From Camelus ferus (Eukaryota): DNA of 64,000 nt. A program made the translations under genes and the position numbers. Position 1 is the first letter of the stretch, and the number at the start of each line of letters is the position of its first letter. The stretch is from the NCBI RefSeq assembly GCF_009834535.1, contig NC_045698.1, positions 1,924,001 through 1,988,000 of the forward strand. The letters run 5' to 3'. The notes below the pieces were generated by a model. That model made no database searches and was not told the origin of the DNA. It saw nothing but the letters and a program-made list of their open reading frames with translations. This document shows positions 35,003 through 45,585 of the stretch, in pieces.

Positions 35003-37479
35003 GCTTCGGAAGATCGATTTTTGAAATCACACGCCCTCCCCAGGTGTCAATACAAGGGACTTTCCCCTCCATAAAACTGGACATCGATGGACGTCTGGTC
35101 CTTCCTCTGGGGTTTTTGCAACTGCGTCCTGGTGTCAGGCCTCCCTTCTGTAATTTCATACGCGCAGGTGGCTGGGTGATAGAAGTTCTCAGGGACACAG
35201 GAATGCACCTGCAGGCAGCGTGCCTGTTGGTCCACAGGTGACTCCAAGAACATGACCACACCGTGTTACTAGAAGACAGAGCTGCATGGGCACATGGCCG
35301 GGGTCACTGGTTTTCCACTGATAGACATCACTGGACCTGCCAGTCCCTGAGAGGGAGTTGCCCACAGGGAGAGGATGGGTCATGTGGCCATGTCCACGGG
35401 GAGGGCTGCACAGAGTGGTCAGTGGACATGGCCTGGGAGGCCTGAGATGTACCATGGACTGAGCCATTCTGGTTGGAACTCTGTAGGCATCAGTGTCAAT
35501 TATCGCCCCTGTGATCTGGAGTACAGACAGGAAATGCCACTCAAAGTGGTGAACTCGGGGCGCAGTCCCGCCCGCCTTGTCATTTGTGTCTTCTTTGTTG
35601 GATCATCCATGAAAAATAGAAACCTGGGGTGAAACTAGATTACAAAGCCCCCTCACCCTAGGGCACCCCCCGGGCTCCCCCGCCTGGCTCCCCCGAGCCT
35701 CCACGGCGCTCGTGGGCATCACCAGTCTCTAAGAGAGGCGCCGAGCGCTGCGTCCCCCGGGTTACTTGATGAGCGGACGTCCTCACCGAGCGTCTGGGGT
35801 CCGTGGGACCAGCGCTCTGGAAACAGACTTTGAGACGCCCAGATCTGCTTTAAGGGTTCTCTGTGTGAAGGGGCTGCTTCGGTTGCTACGTGAGAACTGT
35901 TTTCTTAACGACAAAGTACAGCTTTCACTCTGAAACGCCGGCTCTCTGTGCTTCCGTCCCCCGGCTGACTACGCAGGAATCCGGGCCTCCTCGAGGAAAA
36001 CTCTAAGACCAGTGGTCGATTTCTTCCGGGAGGCATGAGAGGGACGTGATGTGTCACTGCTGGGACCCAGAAGGTGGTCAGGGTCCGTCTGTGTCCGCCC
36101 ACAAATCACTTTTTCCCTCCTCGGGGGGTGGGGAGGGGGGTCCTATTCTGGCGCGGGGAGGGCGCTCCGGCCAGGAGTCCCGGGTTACAGACCACAGAGG
36201 CTTCAAAGAATAGGCTGCGACCGGGGGTGAGTGGGCAGGGGGCATTTTGAAATGTGCTTCTTTAACCCAAAGGGGCTGGAGTCCAGCACCCCCTGTTCCC
36301 ATGCAAAACTCCAGGCTGTTCTTCCAAAACCAGGAACCCTCCCAGTGAGAAGTTCCGATGGTATCTGAACCCAGCCCCCTAACCCAGCCCCAGCTACCCC
36401 TTGACTATCCCCCTAGGTGGCCAGGAGAGCCGCATTTAAAGGTCTGCAGACTGGTGTTTGTGGCCACATGTGCTGTGGAGACCCCAGGCGTTGCCATGAC
36501 CCTCAGCCCGTGCCCGGGCCCGGAGTTGAGGAGGACCACCAGAGCCGGCTGTGCGGGACGGGGGTCCCCGCAGCAGGATTCTGCAGGTGTGTGGGGCCTC
36601 CTCCAGCCCAAACCGGGCCCGTTAACAGAGTCTGCTCCCCACCCTGCCCCCAGCACCTGCATCTCATTCACGGACGCTTCCCTCCAAGGCTGGGGGGTGA
36701 CGCTGAGTGAGGCGCCCTCCTCATCTGGCCCCTCACGTGGGGACGCCACGCTCTTCTCTGGGGCGCAAGGCTGGGCTCCCGTGTGGGGCTCTAGGTGGCG
36801 ATAAGCCCTGGTCCTGGAAGAGTGTCCCCAAAGTGGCAGCCAGTGAGTCTCTGACATTGGACACAAGTCCTTATCTGTCAGGGCTGGGGGAGGTGGGGGA
36901 CTGCAGAACAGAGCCTCCCAAATGTCACCCAGGCCCATTCTCTCTGCACAGCCAGCCACGTGCGTGCCGGAGGGACACGGTGCCCAGGCCAGGCTGCGTG
37001 CCATCCAGAGGGCGTCCTAGGGGAGGGTGGGCGAGCACGTTGTTCCTGTGACAATGGAGCACTTGTGGTTGGGGGAGAGGAAGAAGACTTTGGGTTACTC
37101 TCGTCTGCACACGTACGTGCTCCTCTCTGCTGGATAAAAACACGGTTCCACAGAGCACTTTTCTAGGTACTGCAGAGCAGAGGCACCTGGCATGATCGCT
37201 TCTGGTGACGTAATGCTTTCTTAAGTCACCTCCAAGCAGCATCCATGCCACCCCATGCCGGCCTGTTGGGTTCCGAGATACGGAGCTGCCTTCCCTTCAC
37301 CCTGGTGGGGGCTCACGGCCCCTCAGTGCCCCCTGCCTTCTGCTAGGTCCTAGTGTACGTCTAGGAGGGGAGACGCCTTGGACCCGAGGGGAGCCTGAAT
37401 CTTAGAGGAGGCAGCAGTTTCTTGATTGTAGTTCCGAGCAGACCTCAGCCTGATGGCCTATGTGCAGATCCAAGCCCCT

Positions 37480-37590
37480 CCCTCACCTGGACACTTTCTC
37501 TTATCTTCTCCGTGCCTCAGTTTCCTCACCTGTAAAACAGGACAATAGTGACACCTGCCTCTTTCGTGCAGCAGTGACTGTTAAAAGCTG
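37480..37590 (+). mobile_element. MIR core
   Basis: ctccgtgcctcagtttcctcacctgtaaaacaggacaatag is the canonical MIR core. Confidence 0.8.
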
Positions 37591-38129
37591 TGCTAGTTAC
37601 AGTTTCCAGTTACTGGTTACAGGTACTGGCAGAAAGGGAGATGGACAGACCAGGAGGAGACGAAGACCAAAGAGCTGTGCCAGGAAGGGGGTGTGACTGT
37701 CACAGGAAGGTGACCGCACCTGGGGGGCTGGGGAGGGAGCTCTCTCTGGGAAGGTGGCATTTATGCCATGTGATCAGGGAACACAATGTGATTCCAGAGC
37801 AAGACGGCGCTCAGCGCCTTGCCCTGGTCCACGTCGTCCTGGGGTTTAATTTCTGGTGTGAGTTTAGGGAATCCATCGCCTCCTACTTTCTGCTTCTTGT
37901 GACAAAGAAGCGCTGCCTTACCGAGATAAGAAAATGATAAAGTGCAGGAGAAATCAAATGGAGAACTTCAAGACATTATATAAATTCCTGCCATAAATGT
38001 CATCATTGGGGAAGAGAACGCTGCAGGTGTCCCCTTCCTGGAGTGTTCAGAGGAGCAGAGGGGATGTAGGGCGGGAACCCAGGCAAGACCCGGGGGAGGC
38101 TGCTGCCACGTCCCAGAGGAATCATTCCT

Positions 38130-38319
38130 GTGACACCGAGGCCCCCACCTGCTGGGCCTGGGGCCCACTGTCTTCGGACTGGAAACACACCCTCGGCCAG
38201 CCAGCTGGTGACAGTCCTGGACTTGGCAGCCTCTGTGGTCACGTGCGCCAACCCCTGTACTAAATTCTTGCTCCGTATGTATAGCAGCTTCTGCTTCTCT
38301 GGAGGGCCTGAGCAACTCA
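38130..38319 (+). mobile_element. MLT2-like LTR 3' fragment
   Basis: ggacttggcagcctctgtggtcacgtgcgccaacc ... ttctgcttctctggagggcctgagcaactca resembles the MLT2 3' end. The 5' boundary is unclear. Confidence 0.55.
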
Positions 38320-38384
38320 CCAGCTCCAAGCCGTTCCAGAAAAGACAGTGGAAGGATCAGGGGTCCCCCCCGGAGTCTGTGGGG

Positions 38385-38700
38385 AGGGAGGAGTGAGCGG
38401 GTGTGTCGGGGTGAGAAACTTCTCTGAGTGACCCAGTAATGGTGAGTGCAAGTCATTATACACTTGTCAAAACCTGTAGGATGGACAGCACCAAGCGTGC
38501 ACCCTAATGTGTGCTCTGGAGTCGGGGTGACAATGCTGCGCTGTCCTGGGTCGTTGGTTTTAACGGCGGTTCTCCTCTGCTGGGAGATTCTGACTCCACG
38601 GGGAGCTGTGCATGTTGGGGGGGTGGCGGTGGGGAAGCCACGCTTTCACTAAAGTTTGCTGTGAACCTTAAACTACTCTAAAAGTAGCCTTTATTAAATT
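38385..38700 (+). mobile_element. L1MC-like 3' end
   Basis: gtcattatacacttgtcaaaacctgtagga ... caccctaatgtg ... tttgctgtgaacctaaaactactctaaaa. Confidence 0.8.
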
Positions 38701-39099
38701 TTTCTAATGCTACTGCCTCTAGCCTTTGGGATCATGGATGTTTCTCCTGTGACAGAGCGGGCCTCCCTGACGTCGGGGGCAGGTCAGCTGAGGTTTTAAG
38801 CCTGACGTCTCTGATGGTTCTGAGATAAAGGAGGAGACAGCAGAACATTTAAGTTTTCTTCAGAAAACTGGAACATCTCAGACCTTCACCAGATCTCTGA
38901 AGTTTGGAGAAAATCTTGAAATTCATTTTGGCCTTGATCTAAGCACCTGGGGCCACATCAGCCTGGAAGTCCTTCCCTACTTGGGTTGCACCCTAAGTGC
39001 TCCTTGTATCCGGAGCAGCTGCGGAGGGAGCGAAGCGAATGCTTCAGCAATTTGCCCAAATGACTCAGAGAGAGGGATTCGGCTTATTTTCCTTCCAGC

Positions 39100-40170
39100 A
39101 ACTTGAGGCCCCCAGCGCTGCGCTTGTTTGCCTCGGCTTCCGAACCCCTCGGCGGCGCGGGGTGACCGCGGGGTTGCACGCCCTCCTCCCTGGCCCGCAG
39201 CGGCCCTCCGGCGCCGGGGGCGCAGGCCGCGCTGCCAGCAGCGCTCCGCTGTGATTTACACGCGGACAGCGGAGCCCTGGCTGAATCCCACCACGGGCTG
39301 CCTGTTGGTGCTCCCTGGCCTCCGCTCTCTCCGTCGGGTGCAGACGGTGCTGGGAAGCACTTGTGCTGAGCTCTGCACAGGCGGGCAAATCACACACGCA
39401 CCTGCCCGGGTGGTCGCCCCTCCTGAGCAGCGCCGGAGGGGGTGGGGGACGAGCGGCGCGAGGCGGGCGCAGGAGCGGGACGCGGGGACCGGGCCGCCGG
39501 GACCGGGCCGTCGGGACCGGGCCGCCGCCCGCGCCGCCCGCCTGCCGGCTCCCGCTGCTCTCGGCCTCCGCTTTAAACAGTGCGGCTCAACCGCTATATT
39601 GTGTATTGAAATAACATTTTTTCGCTGCCATTTTCAAATTGCTTTTGCATAGTCAATTCTAGCAAAGGACCCTGCAGCCCAGTTTCCACGCGCCCGAGGT
39701 CGCAGGTTCATGCTATGCCCGTAGATGGTGGAGTCTGTGTTATTGCTGTCCCCGGGCTGGCACTTGGGAGGCGCAAAGGCTCCCGGCTCGTCACGACACG
39801 CCCGGGCCTCGGCCGCGGGCCCGGAGCCTCGTCCCGCTTCCTCGGGGCTGCCTCCGAGCCGGCCCCGTCCCAGGACTGTGTGCTCGTCACGCTGGTCCCC
39901 TTGTGCGAAGTCCCCTGCGCGAGGTGAAATGAGATGCCCCTGCGGTTCACCTGGTGGGCTACCCGGGAGGGAGAGCACCGCTGCGCACATTTGAAGAAAG
40001 GATCCGCGTGGCCCCCGTTGCAAGATCTAGGGAGCCTTCAGCGCTTGGTTAAGGCCCACTTTTCAAAGCCCACCCTCCGACAGACACCCCGCCCTCCCTC
40101 TGACTGGAGCCCGGGCGGGCCCTGCACAGGGGCGGCCAGCCCGCGCCAACCTCTGCGCACGTGACCTCGG
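39100..40170. promoter_or_regulatory. CpG island with no recognisable associated coding exon
   Basis: Dense CpG; 39481-39540 is 56/60 G+C. Contains a 14-bp triplicate at 39484-39525 and an embedded AT-rich block at 39570-39665. Confidence 0.7.
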
Positions 40171-40850
40171 GTCGTCCCATCTGCCGCAAGAACGGTGTCT
40201 ACACTTGGACCTGTGTGTCCTCTTAGTCGCAAACCACTGTGCGTTTGCTGAAAGGATCAGACTAACTGGAGGAACGCCCCTGAGTGTGTTAGGAATCAAG
40301 AATGGGTGATGGCCATACAGCGCAGCACTTCGCAGCGTGTGAGTGCTTTCAGGACTGCGGGGTGGAATTTCTGTCCCCTTTGGACACACAGGGCAAAAGT
40401 CTGAGAGGCTGTGACCGGGGCCGGCCCACAGCTCAGGGAGAGGAGCCTGGCCGCGGGGTGGAGGGTGACGCGGCTCAGTGCGGAGGCCGTGGCCCCGGGA
40501 GCCCTGTGAAGTGCTGACGTCTCCCAGCAGTACATGAAGTGACCTTCCCGAAGGCTGGGGTCCTCCAAGCCCAGCGCCCAGCCCTCACCCTCCCTGTTGA
40601 ATTGCACAAACGCGGACTCTGCCTTGCAGTGGCCGCTCGCTCCAAATCGCAGTTTGCAAGTCGGTGCCCGGCTAGCACCCTGTCAGACCCACAGCCCCGT
40701 CTGGGACTGAACCTGCACAGCCGCATTCCAGAGCTGGGCCGCGGCTCTCTGGGAATGCTGGGTCTCAGTTCTCGACCAACAGTGGAGTCCTTTGTGTGCA
40801 AGTTCCTGGATCATTTGATTTTTTTTTTTAATCAATACATTTCAAAATGG

Positions 40851-41060
40851 TGGGATGGGTGGAGGGATAAATTAGGAGTTTGGGATTTGCAGATACTAAC
40901 TACTATATATAAAATAGAAAAACAGCAAGCTCCTGCTGTAGAGCACAGGGAACTCCATTTAACACCTTGCGACAGCCTAGAATGAAACAGAATAGGAAAA
41001 GGAACACACACATGTATAGCTGAGTCAGTGTGCTGTCCCCCACGAACTGACACAGTTTTT
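40851..41060 (+). mobile_element. Artiodactyl-type L1 3' end fragment
   Basis: ggagggataaattaggagtttgggatttgcagatactaactactatatataaaatag ... gagcacagggaactc. Confidence 0.88.
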
Positions 41061-41190
41061 AAATTTATAGAATCCTTTCATATCAATTGTCCCTCTTGAC
41101 TGTCTCAGCAACCCCACGAGAGGCACTGGGAAAGTATTTTTATTCCAATTCTTAATGAATGACCTGAGACACAGAGTTTAGTAAAGGAAA

Positions 41191-41311
41191 GGGGTTTCAC
41201 CTGAACCGTCCTGTCACGAGTGGCCTGAGTCTTTTCTGAAGGAAGACCAAGGGGGTTTCACCTGAACTGTCCTGTCACGAGTGGCCTGAGTCTTTTTCTG
41301 AAGGAAGACCA
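41191..41311. repeat. ~60-bp tandem duplication
   Basis: Copies at 41191-41249 and 41252-41311 differ only by one C/T and one T indel. Confidence 0.95.
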
Positions 41312-41659
41312 GTGGAAACAAAAACTCCTGGCTCTCGAGAGTCCGAGCGGGGTGTTCTGTGAGAGGAGGGCAGGCAGCCTGACCTTGTCTTGGCCAGCGG
41401 GGAGGTCTGCCGGAAAGGGTGTGTGAGCGGAGGCTTGACAGACAGGACAGGTGCACAGGCCGTGCCGGGTGAGACCTACTGTGGAAAGACGTCTCAACAG
41501 CGGGGAGGGACACGGGTGTGATGGTGGCAAATCTGAAGACACGCTGATCATGTTCTCAGAAGAGTGGAGAGACGTGCCCATGGTCACCTTATGCAGGACA
41601 GGCTGGACCCAGGGCTCCCCCCGTCCACCCCAGGGGTTGCTTCTGCTTCTACTCTGGTG

Positions 41660-41870
41660 CTACCTATGCAGCCTCCCTACCTATCAGCTCTGCTTGTGTG
41701 TCTATCCATCCATCCACCCATCTACCCATCATCTCTCCATTCATTGTCTGTCATCCATCCGTTATTTATGCACCTATCATCTGTCTATTGTCTATGTATC
41801 TGTCTGCCTGTCTATCTGTCTAGCTAGCTAGCTGTCTAGCTCTATTTCTGTATCTATGCCATCTATGTCT
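41660..41870. repeat. Degenerate (TCTA/TCCA/TCTG)n tetranucleotide tract
   Basis: tctatccatccatccacccatctacccatc ... tctgtctatctgtctagctagctagc. Confidence 0.85.
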
Positions 41871-41899
41871 CTATTTCACTTTTGAAACCTTAAGCTTAT

Positions 41900-42590
41900 A
41901 AAAGCAAAGGTTGGTAAGTTGTGGAGAAGCTGGTGTTACCATACATTGTTTCTGAGAATGTAAAATGGTTCAACCACTTTGGAAAATAATTTTCCTTTAA
42001 AATCAAACCCACAGATACCACAGCTGACCCCAAATTCCACTTGGAAGTATTTACTCAAGAGAATTAAAAGCATAAGTCTACAGAATAACTTGCAGAAGGG
42101 TGTTCGTGGAAGCCTTATTCATGATGACAAATGCTCATCGCGAGAGAACAGATGAACAGATGTGGTTTATCCACACCAGGGAACGCCACCCAGCACAACA
42201 CAGCGGCGGCTGCGGACACCCTGCCCTGTGGACACCCTGCCCTGCGGACACCCTGCCCCCCTGCGGACGCCCTGCCCTGCGGACGCCCTGCCCCCCTGCG
42301 GACACCCTGCCCTGTGGAAGACTCTCGGAAGGCTCCCCCGAGAGAGGGAAGCCAGTTCAGTTCAGGACAGGTGGCGTCCAGAGCAGGCGGAAGAGCTGAT
42401 GGTGACGGAAGTCAGGGGCAGGAGGCGGAGTGGGACCAAGGCTGGGAGGAAGGGCCGAGGGGGCCTTCCTGGGGAGGTGGCACTGCTGTGTTCCGTCCCG
42501 GTCGTCATCACAGGAGGTGAGTAACTGTCCCAGCTCACCGACCTGAGCACTTCCGAAATCCGTGATGCGTTGACTGGCACGTCCCCTCCC
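41900..42590 (+). mobile_element. Ancient L1 (L1ME-like) 3' region, GC-shifted distally
   Basis: gagaatgtaaaatggttcaaccactttggaaaa ... aattccacttggaagtatttactcaagagaa ... tgtggtttatccacacc; the distal part remains colinear but GC-rich. Confidence 0.75.
42210..42318. repeat. 16/19-bp minisatellite, ~6.4 copies
   Basis: Unit CTGYGGACRCCCTGCC(CCC) starting at 42210, 42226, 42242, 42261, 42277, 42296, with a partial copy at 42312. Confidence 0.95.
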
Positions 42591-43872
42591 TCGGTATCTC
42601 CTGAATATTAGCGCACAGGGAAGGGGCGACGGCTCTGGGGGGCCCTGCCAACCAGGAGCTCCCTGGGTCTCCTGTGTGTGTCTACAGCCCCTGTCCTGAC
42701 CACCGAAAGCCTACCCTACACTTGGCTATTTTTGCTTTTTTTATCCCGACGTAAGAACATGATCAAAGTTACCTGTTTCCACACAGTCAGGCTAAACCTT
42801 TGATCAGCCTAAAAGTTCTGCTTCTGCTTCTGCTCCTTAGGCAGACCTGCCCGGAGGAGCACCTGAACAGCTCATACCGAAGGGCACTTAGACATCAGCC
42901 ATGGTCCACCGGACCTGCCCATCTCGGCCCTGCCCGGGTACCGGTGGTTCCACCTGGACATCCTGTTGCTTGGTCTTTACCTGCAAATGGAACCAGCCGG
43001 AGAGGGAATGGGTCACGAGGTTCCTCTTTGCAATTGTTCTCAAATTTGGGTAGCCTCTGTCCTTTTAAAAACTCAGATAAGAAATCAAAACTGTACTGCC
43101 ACACTGTAAAAAGATGGTCTGAAATAATACAACGAAGAAGAATATAGAAGATTAGTGGATTTGAAAACATGATCACACGTGTACAATTCTGCATCTGCAG
43201 GCTGTCAACCCACAGGCAATGCAGAGGAGGTGCGGGTTTAACAGGAGACGTGACACTTTAGTAAAAGGGCGCATGACGTGCAGAAGGCTGAACAGAGCGC
43301 TTCGTGTTCAGCGGCACACTTGTCCTCTATTATTCATCAGTGTGGTGACATTTGAGCCTAAATAATAATAATTGGAGACTGGGTCTCAGAATGAATTCCC
43401 ACATTCAAAGGGACTCTAATTCATAGGGTGAGCAGGGCAGAACACAGCAAGCAGTAAAGTGTTACAAAATAGCATGAAAGCAGTCAGGGTAAAGGGCTGG
43501 GTAAAGGCTGCGTTGGTGGACTGGCAATACATGGAGCGGTGAGAGGACAGCGGGTCATCTAAGGACAGGGGTCAGAGGTCAGAGGCATCCAGACTCTGTG
43601 TGTCAGTGTGTCTGTGCGCCCGTGTGTCTGTGCGCTGAGGGACGGTGGGCCGCTGGGCACCCGGCTGGTCTCCGTGACTGTAACCAAGGATACACAGGAG
43701 AGGATGTCAGAGGACGGGAGAAGGGGCAGGGAGCTTCCAGGGCAGGCGGGGAGAGGCTGGACCCCGCCAGAGCACTCTGCGGCCCCCACGGTGGCCTGGA
43801 CAATGGAGACCCTCAGCGGGCCCTTCTCCCCCTGAAGGGGCTTCACGGGAGAAGAGCAGGTGGCGATGCAAT

Positions 43873-43971
43873 GGCGGTATCCCCGGCAGCGGTGTGCCAG
43901 GCGGCGGTGTCCCCGGCGGTGGTGTGCCAGGCGGTGTCCCAGGCGGTGTCCCAGGCGGCGATGTCCCAGGC
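43873..43971. repeat. GC-rich 12/15-bp minisatellite, ~7 copies
   Basis: Variants of (GGC)GGCGGTGTSCCM read directly. Confidence 0.85.
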
Positions 43972-45132
43972 AGGCTCCGTGTTCGGTGGAGAAAGGATCC
44001 GGGCTGTGGACGCCGACCCGTGAAGGAGGGTGTTCTCCGAGGCCGGGGCCTTGGGCTCAGAGTTCTTTTTGTTTTTTTTTCTGTTCTTTTCCTTCTTCCT
44101 CCCTCTCTCACTTTTTTCTTTCTCGTTTCCGTTATCTGGATTCCCCCAGCAGATCTGTGTTGCTTTTCTGATACACAGGGCACCACGTAATTTCTGGCAG
44201 TTCTGAAGAGTGTATTTCTTATGCTCTGATGAGCTCCTCATAAGCAAAGAATAAGGAACAGGCTAGAAGTTGAACAGATTGTGAAAGGAGTTTTATTTGG
44301 TCTCTGCCCCTGGAGCTGGGCACAGATGCCGCCCTGTCCATCATGAGACTTCCACGGGCAGCAGTGTCTAATCGCTTCCACGTGGTGGGCAGCTCAGAGT
44401 GACCGAGAGTCTGCCCACGTTACAGAGCAGACTGGGGCCCCAAATCAGAGGTGGCATTTTTGGTATCTAAGCAAAATCTGACTTAGGATTCTAAAAGGAA
44501 GAGAAAAAAAAAAAAAAGATAAGAAGGAAACTGACTACGCTTCATCCTAAGATTGGCTTAGTTTTCTTTCGATGCCCCGTTGCTTGAGTGTCTGTTTCGT
44601 GTAGCATCGTATCAGCTGACGGATGTATCTCAGCATCCTGTGAAAAGCTGAGGCATCAGGAAGCCCCCGACCACATCTGCAGTGCCGCTATGGCCGAGAA
44701 CAGCTCAGAGGTGCCTGGGAGTGTTAATTAAAATGGAACCACTTGGAAGAAGTCACTCACTGAAGCCAAACTTCATGCTCCCACGCGGGGCCATCTCCCC
44801 GTAACTCTCCTTAGTATTTATTTGCTGATAGGAAGAGCCTGCTGATGAACACGTACGGGGCACTTCAGGCCTGAGTAGGGTTAATCTCTTTAGTTCAGGT
44901 GAGTTCATTTTAGCCGTGATTCACTTCATTGGCTATCTGTAATGATTATTAACAAGCTTAAAGACCTCTGGGAGATTGTGGATAAAAATGCAGTGCCAGG
45001 GAAGCAGGCTATCATTATGCTAATAGGGTTGGAATAATAATTACCAGGCACGCACAGCTTCCAGAGGAATCCTGGGGACTGGAAAGGGTCACCAGGTTAG
45101 GCCATCTCTCACCGGCTTTGCATCCTGGTGGA

Positions 45133-45184
45133 CACACACGCACACACGCACACACATGCATGCACACATGCACGCACACGCACA
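45133..45184. repeat. Imperfect (CA)n/purine-pyrimidine tract
   Basis: cacacacgcacacacgcacacacatgcatgcacacatgcacgcacacgcaca. Confidence 0.9.
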
Positions 45185-45459
45185 TTATTCTTCTGTAGAG
45201 AGATATTAAATATATATTTATATTCATTGCTTCTCCACTGCACTTAAGTGAATTCACAGTGAGATGAAGGAGGATGTAAAGAAACAGCGTTTCTGTTTTT
45301 CATGCATCAGCGACACATTTTAATAGCCTTAAGTGTGGATTCTGTTCAAATATTTTGAACACTTCCTCCACATCTATCACGCGTCCTTCCTCCAAGCCAG
45401 CACCCTTAATTCCAGGCACATCTCTGTCTACTTTCATTTTCTTGTCTTTCCATCTCTCT

Positions 45460-45585
45460 CTGCGCTTCGTCCTGGGTTCTTGGGGGCAGAAATCACATCT
45501 TGCTCATCACGCTGCCTTCTTTTCTGGGCACAATGCCTGCACTCAGACAGTTGCTATAAAGACATACTTAAAATGCATGATTCAG
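45460..45585 (+). mobile_element. L2 3' end relic
   Basis: ggttcttgggggcagaaatcacatcttgctcatc ... gcacaatgcctgcactcag ... resembles the L2 3' terminus. Confidence 0.5.
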
